From: Glycera tridactyla
Lineage: Eukaryota
Assembly (NCBI GenBank): GCA_965644265.1
Contig: OZ286461.1
Coordinates: 43,214,001-43,278,000 of the forward strand
DNA length: 64,000 nucleotides
Direction of reading: 5' to 3'
Every line of letters starts with the position of its first letter. The stretch's first letter is position 1. Position numbers and translations under genes: made by a program. Below, in pieces: positions 40,201-54,253 of this stretch. The notes below the pieces were generated by a model. The model saw only the letters and a list, made by a program, of their open reading frames with translations, had not been told where the DNA came from and did no database searches.

Positions 40201-43200
40201 CAGACCTCTAGCCTACCCTCGGATGTGACGTCATTGCTGCCTACTAGTCGGAGGGCGTCATTGACGTCACAGTCGGAAGTGTCCATGTAGCAATCGACGC
40301 CAACATCTTCTCCGTGTTCGCAGTTATGGACCGCCCAGCCGCTGAATTGACAGCTTGAGAAGGAAGCTTCGGTGCCCGAACAGTCGACGTCGTCCATCCA
40401 TATAGGACCTCTCCCGCCGCCCACTCGAACTACGTTGCCAGCATTGTAGCCGAAGTTCGAACAGACCACCTTCGCGTCTACCTCGCTGAACTCATCGTCG
40501 CATATTGTGCCTTAGGGATTACATAAGATGAGAGATATAAGAAACTATTATTGCACGAGAAAGAACACTTATATCCGACCCCAGAAGGTCACATAACACG
40601 CATATGCAAACAAACAGGACCATAATAGAACAGTCATCTAGATACATCGTGAATTACATTAAGAGGTGAGAATATTTCACATTGGCGGAGTTTACACTTT
40701 AAGGTCTAAGGTCTAGCGTGGGCTATAATGATATAGCGTGCAGATTCAGGTCTTCACTTCAGTAGGAATAGTAGCGATATGCTTATGAGCGGGAGGATCG
40801 CAATGCCATGTCCGCAATGTCATTCATTACACTAAGCTCCTTCCTCGAGTTCTAATTGACTTGATTGATTGGCTGAATCTCCACATTTAGACAGTTACAA
40901 CTAGATAACAATAGCAAATATATAAACAACTTTTCTATCTCGTTCATAAACATAATACTGAGAGTCTGTATCACAGCTGGAGTGATTGATTCTTTGTGTT
41001 AATCAGACAGACTGTGGTGTTGTGAAGCTCCTTTTTCAGTGCGCGCTTGAAAGTATTGGTTGACTTGCTACCTCTCAATGACCTTTCAAGAGAATTCCAG
41101 TAGGAGTCCCACATCTGTGGAATGGAGGTTATCCCATGCTGACTGAGGCATTGGAACTAGCTCGCGTTTGGACTGCATGACCCTGCCTACTTTTCCTTGT
41201 GAGCCTGTAGTGGAGTTGGGATCACTTGGAGGTTTCAACATGAGCGGCTCTATAAACTTCAAAAAGATCATCATCAATCCCGACTGATTTCAGTTGGGGT
41301 ATTTCCAAGTTGTGTAGATCAGTTGCCTTAGAGGAAGATTCAGAGAATGTATCATTCATCCATTGATTCATTCTTTTCTTCATTTCTTCATCTATTAGTT
41401 TGATTCGTCACTCATTAATTCATTCGATCTTTCATTCGGTCAGCCATTCGTTCCTTCCTTTTATTGTTTGTCCATTTATCACCACTCCCCCTTACAATGG
41501 CTTCCACTTCCTCATTCACTATGTATCTTCCCAGCATGCGCACGTGCTCGTCTTTTTCACTTCCTCACTTATTATCTGTCTACCTCCAGCACTCTTGCTT
41601 TTTTTCACTCCCTCACTCACATCTTGTCAATTTCACAATCACCCCTGCTTGTCTTCTCACTTCCTCACTCAATACTCGTCTTACCTGGCGGCAATTTTGT
41701 ATGTCCTTTTCACTTCCTCACTCAATACTTGTCTTACTTGCCTGCCCTTTTGCTTGTCTTTTCACTTCCTCACTCAATACTTGTCTCACCTGCCAGCACT
41801 CTTGCTTGTCTTTTTCACTTCCTCACTCAATACTTGTCTCACCTGCCAACACTTTTGCTCGTCTTTTTCACTTCCTCCCTCAATACTTGCCTCACCAGCC
41901 AGCAATTTTGCTTGTCCTTTTCACTTCCTCACTGAATACTTGTCTTACCTGCCAACACTCATGCCTGCCTTTTCACTTCCTCACTCAATATTTGTCTCAC
42001 CTGCCAGCACTTTTGCTCGTCTTTTCTCTTCCTCGCTCAATACTTGTCTTTTTCATTTGCTTATTCATCATTTCACCTGTTCACTCATTTCCTGTCTCTC
42101 CCGCCTCCGCTTTTGCTCGTCTTTTGCTGTTTCATCACTCGCTATCCCTCTCCATTCGTCCTTGCTGATCCTCCAGCGGATCATTCTTACTTCATCATTG
42201 AATCAAGATGCATTCGCTACTCACCCCAGATTTCATCATGAAAGATTTCCACCCGCTTGGCCTGCTCATCCGACACAGAAACTAATCGAAGGAGTCCTTC
42301 CTCATCGATGGCCTCTTCGTTTGCTTCGGAAAACCGCTTCTCAGAACAGATGATACCAATGTCTTCAGTATGAAGGCACTCAGGAAAGTCATCGAAGGTG
42401 CAGCTCTCTAGAAAACTCGTCGTAGTGTCGGGACAGGAGACCTCACTGAGGAAGATAGGCCCAGTGCCTTCACCGAACATCTTCGTAGGCCTTGCATACC
42501 TGTCACCAAAATTAAGATCCCGACAAATTGCCTTCGCTTCCGCCTCGCCGAAACCGTCATCGCACACCGTCCCTGTGAAAAAAGGTCACTCAGTTAGGTT
42601 TCAGTTTGAAATCGTATCAGTGCCGGATTTGGCTTTTTATGAGGCGATGATGGCNNNNNNNNNNNNNNNNNNNNNNNNNNNNNNNNNNNNNNNNNNNNNN
42701 NNNNNNNNNNNNNNNNNNNNNNNNNNNNNNNNNNNNNNNNNNNNNNNNNNNNNNNNNNNNNNNNNNNNNNNNNNNNNNNNNNNNNNNNNNNNNNNNNNNN
42801 NNNNNNNNNNNNNNNNNNNNNNNNNNNCCAAACATCACCGTTGAAGATCTCCACCCTTCCACTATAACGGGACGTTCCTCCAACGAGACGAAATTGACCC
42901 ATGTCGTTGGCACAAGCAATTCCGATATCTTCATCATGTGTGTCACAGAGTGTGACGGGATCCTCCTCATCCGCCACGCATTCTGATGCAAATGTGTCGC
43001 TTGATACGCAATCATCTTCGAAATGGTAGATGGTTCCCGTGCCGCTGGTAAATTTCCTCACATCCGTCGCCCGGCTGAATCCTAGCTCTCGACAGATGGC
43101 ATCTGCCTCGGCGCCCATACTCACGAAATTGTACGCGCAGAAAGTGCCTGATTATATGCAAAAATGGGTCACAGTGGTGCATGACGCTTGTGTGTGTGTG

Positions 43201-46200
43201 TGAGAGGGAGGGAAAGAGAGAGAGGGTGAGTGAGAGAGAAAGAATGTGCGTGGGAGAGGGAGAGAGAGGGAGAGAGAGGGAGAGAGAGTGAGAGAGAATG
43301 AGAGAGTGAGAGGGAGTGAGAGAGAGGGAGGGAGGGAGAGAGAGAGTGAAAGAGTGAGAGAGCGAGAGTGAGAGAGAGAGTGTGGAAGAGAGAGTGAGAG
43401 AGACAGAGAGAGGGAGGGAGAGGGAGAGAGAGGGAGAGAGGGAGGGAGAGAAAGAGAGAGGGGGGAGAGTGGGGAGGGGCCAGACAGACGGACAGAGACA
43501 GAGATATAGAGTGAGAGGGAGATCCTCTACCGTGGTATTCTAATAGTGACAGAGAGTCCCTATGGAAGATCAACATGAAGAAGATGAAAGATGGTGGCAC
43601 AAGTGTTCGTGTTCCCTGTAGGGTTTTCCTTAGGGTGCCGTAGAGCAGCTATTTGGCTACTTGTCTATCACGGCGCTTAATACACAATCCAGTATCTCCT
43701 CCAAATTATGCATTTGCCCCAGGTAGGTATCAACACCCAGGTCAAACAAGTAAACCCAGGGAAGGACAGCCATTCAGTGAGGTGCTTTTTAGTTTGGATG
43801 ACATCTAGTGGCACCGAGCAAAACTATAAGTTCCCCGTCATTCCTCAGATGACTGATACGTCGGATCAATCTGAATTTACGATACAGATCCATGAAACAT
43901 GTATTTTTTCCAATATTCTCTCAGGATATAAAAATATTTCATGGGGTAACCTGATACTGACACGATTTTCATGAGATGGACATAGCCATTCATATTGGTG
44001 GGAAGGTCTTTGTTTTTAAGAATCTTCCTGAGAAAATCATCAGCCATGATTGTAATTTTTCAGTGAATCATATGCCTACTCACATGATTTCGGACTAACT
44101 GCAGCTCAATTATGGGGGGAAAATGGGAACTTTGTTCTTCACAAGTCACATTTAATGTGGAGAATAACTTGTTGAGTTGTATATGTCATATTGATGCTGA
44201 AAAAACATCGAACTATATCCCATGAGCACAGAAATTTCCATGGTGATAGAAACAGGAATTAGAATGTTCGTCACTGCAAGTGCCGCCATCTGTTGATACG
44301 GGAAAATCACCTGGTGGATATATTTAGAACCTTATTCTGTTATCCTCTATATCGGGGATTGATAAACTGCTCCGAAGGTTACCCTAGCACGGAGATCATC
44401 TTTCGAGGGAGTTTATCAATGGGATATGATAATGATGTGAAATGATACAACTACCTCTCCAGGAGGTCATCCGTTCGCGATATGATAAAGGGTGGCGTTT
44501 GTGAACAGGTTCATCCATAGATGATGCATTAACTCACCCCAGGCGTCGTTACGGAATATCTCCAGCCTCCCAGAATCTGGCTCATCCAATTCCCCACTGG
44601 CCGGGGTCTTGCTAGGGATCAGTCTCAGCTGACCTTCCGTCTCAGCTGGTATGCAAAGGACACCAACATCCTCATGATGATGGCAATTACTTATTTCCCA
44701 TCCACCATGTCCACAATCAACTAGTTCCTCGCTCTCTGAATCGTCACATGCGACGTCATCAAGCCAAATGATGCCACGACCTCTAGCGGAATCTTTACCA
44801 AACTCTCTCACCACTTTGGCACTTCCGCCCCCCAGGCCTAGTTGATCGCAAATCACATTCGCGTCCTCCTCGTCGAAATCATCATCGCAAACCGTACCTT
44901 TTGATATAAAATTCGGTCATTGAAGTGGTCAGTGGAGTATTATAGGTAATATCATACACCCCTTTAGCACATGGAAAATAACCCCAGTGTTGGAAGTGCC
45001 ATGGTTGATATCATATACCCCTTTATCACATTGGAAACGGCCCCAGCGTGGGGAGTGCCAAGGGTAATATCGCAAACCCCTTTATCACATGGAAAACGGC
45101 CCCAGTCTGGGGCGTGCCGTGGGTAATATCACATACCCCATTATCACATGGAAAACAGCACCAGTATGACACATTCCAATGAAGATGATTCTTATCACTA
45201 TTTTGCCATGTTTTACAAGTGTACATATGGGAATGAAAGCAAAAACTGTTGATATAATATTCAATGACAGTCGGCAATCTCTGGTTCAAATACCTGATAC
45301 TCATATCGGAGAGCCTAGTTACTGGCATGTCAGTAACACCCCTCCACGTGCTCACCAAACCACCCTCGCATCACTTCCAGGCTCTTTTGTGTAGTGATAC
45401 TGAAACCTGAACTGTGTTTGCAAGTTCTCAACATACAAGTGGAAGGTGTGAGCGGAACATATCGCCTTGCGGCACACCACTATGTAGGCCAGGACTGCTG
45501 GTGTTTTGCCCTACTACCCTACACATCTCTCATGGTCTTTACGCTGTCCTATGTTGCTATGACGGATTACTGGCTATGACTCTTGGTTCACTCATTGTAG
45601 CCTTGACTGCAATACCTATATGAATTTGATCCTGCAACCTCCTATATATCTGTTTGAATGTCACTGAGATATCAAGGAATGGATATAGATGTAGTGGTTT
45701 ACAGTCTAGCAATTTGATCCAACCTTACAATAACATTCCTTGACAGGCCTATTCAAGCTTGAGCCTTTTCATCTCCCTGAAATATAAAAACCAGGGGATA
45801 CTAGCTTGAGCTAGTCACTCTACGATCACCATCCCTGTCTATAGCCAAGTACCCATTCCCACCTGAGTAAAGTGGAGTGATGGAGTACAGATAATTCACT
45901 CGATTATCTTCACATACTAAGAAGCGCAGATTATCAAGATCCGTGTCATGCTGCAGGTCGAGTGATGAATGGTGAGCCTTATTCTTTATGGTCTGTCATT
46001 CGAACAGTAGCCCAATTTATAGTTACAAACAATTCTCGTACCCTGAGAACTGGAGTAAGTACAGGTAACACATACTCACCCCACTCGAGGTTGTGGCAGA
46101 TTTCCAGTCGACCCGAGCGATGCCCATCATTTCCAAGTCCGTCGACAAGGCGGACATGGCCTTCGTGCCTCTGTAGACAAGCTAGATCCACCCCTTCACA

Positions 46201-48784
46201 GCTGATCCAAACGTCCCTCTGATGACTGCACTGATTCTCGCCGGAGTCGGTATAAGGACAATCACGCAGCCTGGCCTCATCACCCTCACAGTCCACGCCG
46301 CGTCTCCACACAGTCCCTCCACCACCACCGATCTGAGTCAACACTTCTCCAGTGGCATATCCCATCTGCTTGCAAGCCACCATTGCATCATTGTCGTCAA
46401 AACCTTCATTACATATCGTTCCTAAAGTGAGAAGAAAAGGGACCTCCCATCTAAGATGAGGTATTCTCAGCAGATTGTATAAGTGTGGTCGCTAAATAGG
46501 TTCTGATTGATCATACTTCATTCTGATCCGTCTATACATTGTATTATCACATGGATGTGTCATTTTCAGTGAAGTATCAGGTGATGAGTATTGTGCATGT
46601 TACTTCACAGCTGGGTGAGGACTACTTTTTGACAATTTCTCCCCTAATCCATGTGATAAAAGCAAGAATATATGGCTGTGAGGTAAAAATGCAATACCAA
46701 ACTCGGTCTAAATTTCGCTGGATGTCAAGAGGCCGCATGACATCCGGCGAAATTCACACCTTGTTTGGTATTGCGTTTCTACTTCACAGCCATATGTTCT
46801 TGCTATATGTACGATAACAATTGCCCCAAAGTGGCTCCTCCAGTATGGAGGGGTCGGGGTTGAACGAAATATGTTGATTGAAAGGATCGAGTCTTCCATG
46901 AATTACACATCACCTCATCACAGATAGGCATTCCTAACAGGAGGTATAGATGTAGTTGGTTGATCAATTGATTGATTCATTGATTGATTGGCAGTAATCG
47001 ATAATTGGTTTGATTGGTTTGAGTTAAATGGCATATTTCAACCCAAACGATGATGATGTTTGCCAGGTGTTCCCGATCTCACCACCACAGATAAGGCATC
47101 CTTGGCAGGGGATATATGTTTGGGCAATTGATTGAGTGATTGAGTGATTGAGTGATTGGTTGATTGTTTTCGGAATAGACCACCCGGGAGAATAATGTTT
47201 GTCGTGTGATTCAGATCTTCTCACCACAGGTAGGCCAGTCTCAGCAGAGGCTAGGAGTGTTGCTGGTTGATTGATCGATAGATTAGAGTTGAACGAAGTA
47301 TGTTAATCAGGAGGGTCATGTATCACTGATCACCTCATCACAGATGAGGCAATATGTGTGGCCAATCTATCGATTGATCGGTTAGAGTTGAACGGAATAT
47401 AGACGTTGACAGCAATTCATGGAGGTGCTTACTGGCTAGAGTGACACCTAGTGTCAACTCTTATAAGGGGTTTCTTCTCTCCCCGTGTTTAATGACTGAT
47501 ACAATAACGTGATCAGAATCTATGATAAAGATATGCATGGCCTTCAGGACTGGTGGATTGTTCTTCTTTTGAATCATAATGATGATGGTGATGATTTCTC
47601 AGTAAATGAGAGGATTGAACAGCTGCGTCGGCACTGGCTGTAATTCAAGTACATGAAGTGTACAATGGATTTTTGCACTTCATTAGACACATATAATGAT
47701 CAGAATGACTTATGAAGTGAGATATATCATATCGATTCCGGAAAAGCACTCATAATCATACTCCACAATCTCACAGATTCCCATGGTATTGATGACAAGA
47801 GCGTGAAAGGGCACAGCAAGAATCTGTAAGATGTCATCATTTTGATGATGGATTTATGGTGGGACATTCAGCTACAACTAGAAGATCGCATCATATGATT
47901 GGCGTCAATGAATTGTAATTCATTTGAAGCCAGGCGACATTAATAGCGCCCACCACATACGAAGGGGAGGCGGGAGCATCATGAATGAAGGGACATCGTA
48001 AATGTCTTTCTCACACATGGTGTCATTTCTTTTTATGAATGATAAGGGCACGTTACTAATTATTATTGTATTCATACATGCATAATTCATACCACACCAA
48101 GAGTGCTACCTTCACTCAATGGGAGTAAGCCCACAAAAGTCACCCATACATGTCCATCGGCGGTATAAGAGCAAGAATGCATGGTAATACAACGAGTCAT
48201 ATCCCAATTGTGATCCTGCCATGTGATTTCACTATTTTGAATAAGCAATGACACTATTTATAAAAAGCTACGTTGTTTGGTGGTAGCAATAGAACGGGAT
48301 AATCAGTATATTGAATTGATTTAATTGCCCATTTGCTCAGTTTCCATAATGTCTAGATTAACTTTGACACGTCAGATTAGATACAGAGAGTGAGTAACTG
48401 AGTGGCGATTCATTTATACACGGGGGAAAGCCAGCACAAGAGCTGTATTCTACATCTCCGAGTACAGGTACCACAAAGATAACTCCACATCGATGAAAAG
48501 TTATTGACAGTGCTCAGGGGGGGGGGGGGGCGATTCCTCTGCCAACAGAATTTACGATGATTGCTTAAGAGAATTTGCAAGCAAATTCTACCCAAAAAAA
48601 AACAGGGAGTGGACGTTAGCTCATGGCAAGTGCCATATTGTGTCGATACAGTGAAATATCTGGAGCTGAATGGGCACATCCTCTATACTAACCGTAATTG
48701 TAATGCTTGAATTGTTTTCCAGATCGCCATCATCAAACCTGAGGCATTCTTAGTATAGGGTAAAGTGTGGCTATCACATTGATC

Positions 48785-48816
<32 letters not shown>

Positions 48817-51800
48817 GGTTATTGGACGGCATATGTCAACCCGATGAATACGTATGTCATGTGTTTCTGACCCATGAAAGCTGTATGTTCTCTTCGGATT
48901 TCATAGGTCAGGAATCTCTCTCATAAACCATGAAACCCAAGATGCTGGTGGAAACTGATCGAAATCCGACAGTGTCTCTAAATGCATGGAGGCCATTGAA
49001 AAGGAGTTTGATCTCGAGCCTGAAAGCAATGCTTTTGAGTGAAGCTTAGTTCCTGTAGCATTGAGGTGGTGGATGGGTAGGTAGATAGGTGGGTANNNNN
49101 NNNNNNNNNNNNNNNNNNNNNNNNNNNNNNNNNNNNNNNNNNNNNNNNNNNNNNNNNNNNNNNNNNNNNNNNNNNNNNNNNNNNNNNNNNNNNNNNNNNN
49201 NNNNNNNNNNNNNNNNNNNNNNNNNNNNNNNNNNNNNNNNNNNNNNNNNNNNNNNNNNNNNNNNNNNNNNNNNNNNNNNNNNNNNNNNNNNNNNNNNNNN
49301 NNNNNNNNNNNNNNNNNNNNNNNNNNNNNNNNNNNNNNNNNNNNNNNNNNNNNNNNNNNNNNNNNNNNNNNNNNNNNNNNNNNNNNNNNNNNNNNNNNNN
49401 NNNNNNNNGCAAGATCGGTATANNNNNNNNNNNNNNNNNNNNNNNNNNNNNNNNNNNNNNNNNNNNNNNNNNNNNNNNNNNNNNNNNNNNNNNNNNNNNN
49501 NNNNNNNNNNNNNNNNNNNNNNNNNNNNNNNNNNNNNNNNNNNNNNNNNNNNNNNNNNNNNNNNNNNNNNNNNNNNNNNNNNNNNNNNNNNNNNNNNNNN
49601 NNNNNNNNNNNNNNNNNNNNNNNNNNNNNNNNNNNNNNNNNNNNNGCAAGATAGGTATATNNNNNNNNNNNNNNNNNNNNNNNNNNNNNNNNNNNNNNNN
49701 NNNNNNNNNNNNNNNNNNNNNNNNNNNNNNNNNNNNNNNNNNNNNNNNNNNNNNNNNNNNNNNNNNNNNNNNNNNNNNNNNNNNNNNNNNNNNNNNNNNN
49801 NNNNNNNNNNNNNNNNNNNNNNNNNNNNNNNNNNNNNNNNNGTAGGCAAGTAGGTAGATAGCCAGATACCCGAGTATCCAGATGGGTAGTTGGGTCGCTG
49901 ACCAGCTTGCTAGGTAGCCGGTTAGCCAGGTAGGTAGCTAGTTGAGATGTATACTCACCCCACTCAGCTTCCTGGCAGATCTCGAGTCTTCCTTGAGTGC
50001 CATCATGTTGATTTTCAGCAGGAACTAAGCGGAGATCGCCCTCATACCCACCGTCTCCACAATAATCGGCCCCGATACAATCCACACCGACGTCTTCAGA
50101 GTGGCCACAGTTATGTGACCCCCACCCGTTATGTGGGCATTCGTCAATAGCGGCCTCAGTACCCACACATTCCACGTTATCCATCGCGATTATGCCAGTA
50201 CCACCCGCAAAGCTCTGAATATCAGTTCCTGTGTGGTAGCGCATTTGTCGGCAAACCACACTGGCACTGTCATCGTCAAAGCTATCATCACACACGCTAC
50301 CTGGATAAAACATACACATGAATCAGCGATGAACATGAGCACTCCGCCTATCTTCCATCCATTCATTTGTACATCCTCACTTCCGTGCATCCAACCACTT
50401 ATCCACCCATCCAGCCATCTGTTCATCCACCCATCATTCTATCCATCAACCCATCCATTCATTCATCCATTCATCTATCCATCCATTCACCATATCATTC
50501 ACCCACTTCTGGATGGATGCATNNNNNNNNNNNNNNNNNNNNNNNNNNNNNNNNNNNNNNNNNNNNNNNNNNNNNNNNNNNNNNNNNNNNNNNNNNNNNN
50601 NNNNNNNNNNNNNNNNNNNNNNNNNNNNNNNNNNNNNNNNNNNNNNNNNNNNNNNNNNNNNNNNNNNNNNNNNNNNNNNNNNNNNNNNNNNNNNNNNNNN
50701 NNNNNNNNNNNNNNNNNNNNNNNNNNNNNNNNNNNNNNNNNNNNNNNNNNNNNNNNNNNNNNNNNNNNNNNNNNNNNNNNNNNNNNNNNNNNNNNNNNNN
50801 NNNNNNNNNNNNNNNNNNNNNNNNNNNNNNNNNNNNNNNNNNNNNNNNNNNNNNNNNNNNNNNNNNNNNNNNNNNNNNNNNNNNNNNNNNNNNNNNNNNN
50901 NNNNNNNNNNNNNNNNNNNNNNNNNNNNNNNNNNNNNNNNNNNNNNNNNNNNNNNNNNNNNNNNNNNNNNNNNNNNNNNNNATAGCAGACTTCCACTCTG
51001 CCATGGTATTCATCGCTGTAGACACCAGGCCATCCGACGATACGAACATCTCCATTCTCATCGCATACCAGGTCTTCATCATAGCTACAGAAGACAGCGG
51101 CTGCCGGCGTACCCGCTGCCGTAACATCACACGAAGAGCTGGCCCATTGGCAGTCCGTCAGGCTGGATTCGTCGCCTGTACATATCGGTGATTCGGCATT
51201 CATTGACTCGGGGCCCCGGTCGTAATCAGCCAGTACTCGGCCATTGTCCTCTCCAAGCTGCCGACATACCACATCCGCGTCCATTTCGCTAAATTCGTGG
51301 GCGCAAAGAGTATCTGAAATGGAGAGAGTGAAGAGGTGCTCCTAACGATAGAACGATAAGCTACTATAGGCCACCCGATCACTATACTGTTACACCATTT
51401 TTACTATCTATATGATCTATGAAATGTATGCTTCGAAAGAAGCAATTATGGTAGATCTCCTGAGTGTTATAGTCACGACAACCATATTGTTGTGTTTCTA
51501 TATCGCCCGCAAAAGGACGTCTTTAGCACATATAAGGTATACTGGCTATCACATAAAGTCGACATGGACACTTGGATGGTTTAGTGTGATAGTCACAGCT
51601 AACCTCTATCAGCATGTGCATTTCAAGTGTCTGCCTTTGAAACCTGCATTTTGACATTTAATTGCTGTACTTCGTACTTCGTTTTACGAATCCTTGTTGA
51701 ATATTGTGTTGTATTCCCAATGAAGAAGAAGATATGTCGGTCAGGACCTCTTCATAATGAATTCAAATGAAAACATCTCATCTCATTTTATATCATGAAA

Positions 51801-54193
51801 TGTTTGATATTATCGCCAACAAGTGGCGGTCTGCCATCGAATGTGGGCAGTTGCCATCGGATGTAAGTCAATTTCCATCGAATGTGGGCAGTTGCCATCG
51901 GATGTAAGTCAATTTCCATCGAATGTGGGCAGTTGCCATCGGATGTAAGTCAATTTCCATCGAATGTGGGCAGTTGCCATCGGATGTAAGTCAATTTCCA
52001 TCGAATGTGGGCAGTTGCCATCGGATGTAAGTCAATTTCCATCGAATGTGGGCAGTTGCCATCGGATGTGAGTCAATTTCCATCGAATGTGGGCAGTTGC
52101 CATCGGATATAAGTTAATTTCCATCGAATGTGGGCAGTTGCCATCGGATGTAAGTCAATTTCCATCGAATGTGGGCAGTTGCCATCGGATGTGAGTCAAT
52201 TTCCATCGAATGTGGGCAGTTGCCATCGGATGTAAGTCAATTTCCATCGAATGTGGGCAGTTGCCATCGGATATAAGTTAATTTCCATCGAATGTGGGCA
52301 GTGACTGAGTGAGAGTCCGACTGACGACCAGCTCACTTACCGATAGCCTCGCTTACTGGCTGACTGGCTGGCTGGCTGAATGACTGGCTGAATGCCTGAC
52401 TGAATGACTGGCTGCCTGGATGGCTGGCTGGTTGGCTGGCTGGCTTACTTACTCACTTACTTACTTACTCACTTACTCACTTACTCACTTGACTGACTAG
52501 CTTGCTGGTTGGCCGACTGACTGACTGACTGACTGACTGACTGACTGACTCACTCACTCACTCACTCACTCACTCACTCACTCACTCACTCACTCACTCA
52601 CCCACTGAGTAACTGACCGACAGACCAAACTCATCCTCCATCCTCCATCCTCCGTCCTCCATCCTCTTCAACCTGACAACCAAACAACTACCTCCCAACT
52701 ACCATCCTAACAACCAACCTACCTACCAACCATCCAACCAACATACCTGGCAGCCTACCAACCACCCTCCAAATCAACTATCCCACTGAACAGCATCAAC
52801 AAAGCCACTAACAAAGCAACCAACCGACCATACAGCCATCTGACCAAGAACCATCAGAAAGTGAGACCAGGTGCAGCTAAATGTATGTGGATGCATGTGG
52901 ATGTCGTGAAACCGAGATGGGAGGCAATTATGGCAGTTGAAGTCAGGTGAAGGTGTGGAGGCCGCGTGGCTGCCACTCGATTCATCCGTAGCATGGTGCT
53001 AGGGAAGGCAGGTGAAGGCCACAGAAGGCAGAGGGGCGACGTAACACTGCAAGACACCCTTGAAAAGTTATTTTCCCAACCCAAACCGTGGGATTTTTTC
53101 GGCGGTTTCGGACATGTGTAAACCGCCATTGAAGGCAGAGCCAAATCGTGAATGTGTAGACTCCAGTGCTAACATAGACTATAAAAGTGGTGAAGCTGAG
53201 CAGGAAGCCCAAGTATTTGTAAGGGCGATGCTGGCAATGTAGAGTCCTTGCAGTTTTGATCGAATAAATCACCAAACAAGGTTGCCCCGCGGTGCTATGA
53301 CACTTCTGCGGCCTTCAACTGCCTTCCCTTGCACCATGCTATGGATATATTGAATGAGACTGGGCGTTGGCAATGTGGTCTCCCTGCCTTCATCTGACTT
53401 CAACTGCCTTCACCGGTTTCACGACGCCCAGATGCATTCTACGCATCAGCACTTGACCTCACTCACTAGCAGTTGCTGAATCATCATTGAATCCTGGCAT
53501 GTACATGCNNNNNNNNNNNNNNNNNNNNNNNNNNNNNNNNNNNNNNNNNNNNNNNNNNNNNNNNNNNNNNNNNNNNNNNNNNNNNNNNNNNNNNNNNNNN
53601 NNNNNNNNNNNNNNNNNNNNNNNNNNNNNNNNNNNNNNNNNNNNNNNNNNNNNNNNNNNNNNNNNNNNNNNNNNNNNNNNNNNNNNNNNNNNNNNNNNNN
53701 NNNNNNNNNNNNNNNNNNNNNNNNNNNAATATGACTCTTTGTTGTATATTCATTCAACTTCAACTCCGGTTCACCCGACAATCGACGACGCTCACTGGCG
53801 GTTCTCAAACCACCGTTGAAGGCAGACCCGAACTGTGGATGTGTGAAAGGGGCTTTTGGGGCTAGGTTCAATTTCCAATTATGACAGTTTCCAACCATAA
53901 CTCATTGCCTCTTATTCAGTTTTGCCAACTAGCGGTGCAGGATATCTCTATTGCCAGCCACCTACTACAAATGGAGAGCCATGGCGCACTTTGGAGAACT
54001 TGTTCAACAACTATTCTAATGAGAGTTGGGCGGTTAGGATTGAGAAGATTAGCCAACCATCTCTAGAGATTTGCTGATCTCCTGCTGCCTTCTGTGACCT
54101 TTGCCTGACTTCCCCAGCATCATGCTACCGGAAATTGCTTACCTGCCTTTGTCTGCCTTCGCTTGCCTTCCACCACGATTTTACAACGTCCCC

Positions 54194-54253
<60 letters not shown>

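Noticed and set aside
41400-42353. 317-aa and 234-aa plus-strand ORFs
   Set aside because: Translations of a pyrimidine-rich minisatellite and the antisense of exon 7.
12894-47454. Scattered CTCF-like motifs (12894, about 13286, about 24767, about 26331, 47441) as an insulator or promoter-choice system
   Set aside because: Each has 1-2 mismatches to a degenerate 14-mer; by rough estimate that many are expected by chance in 64 kb.
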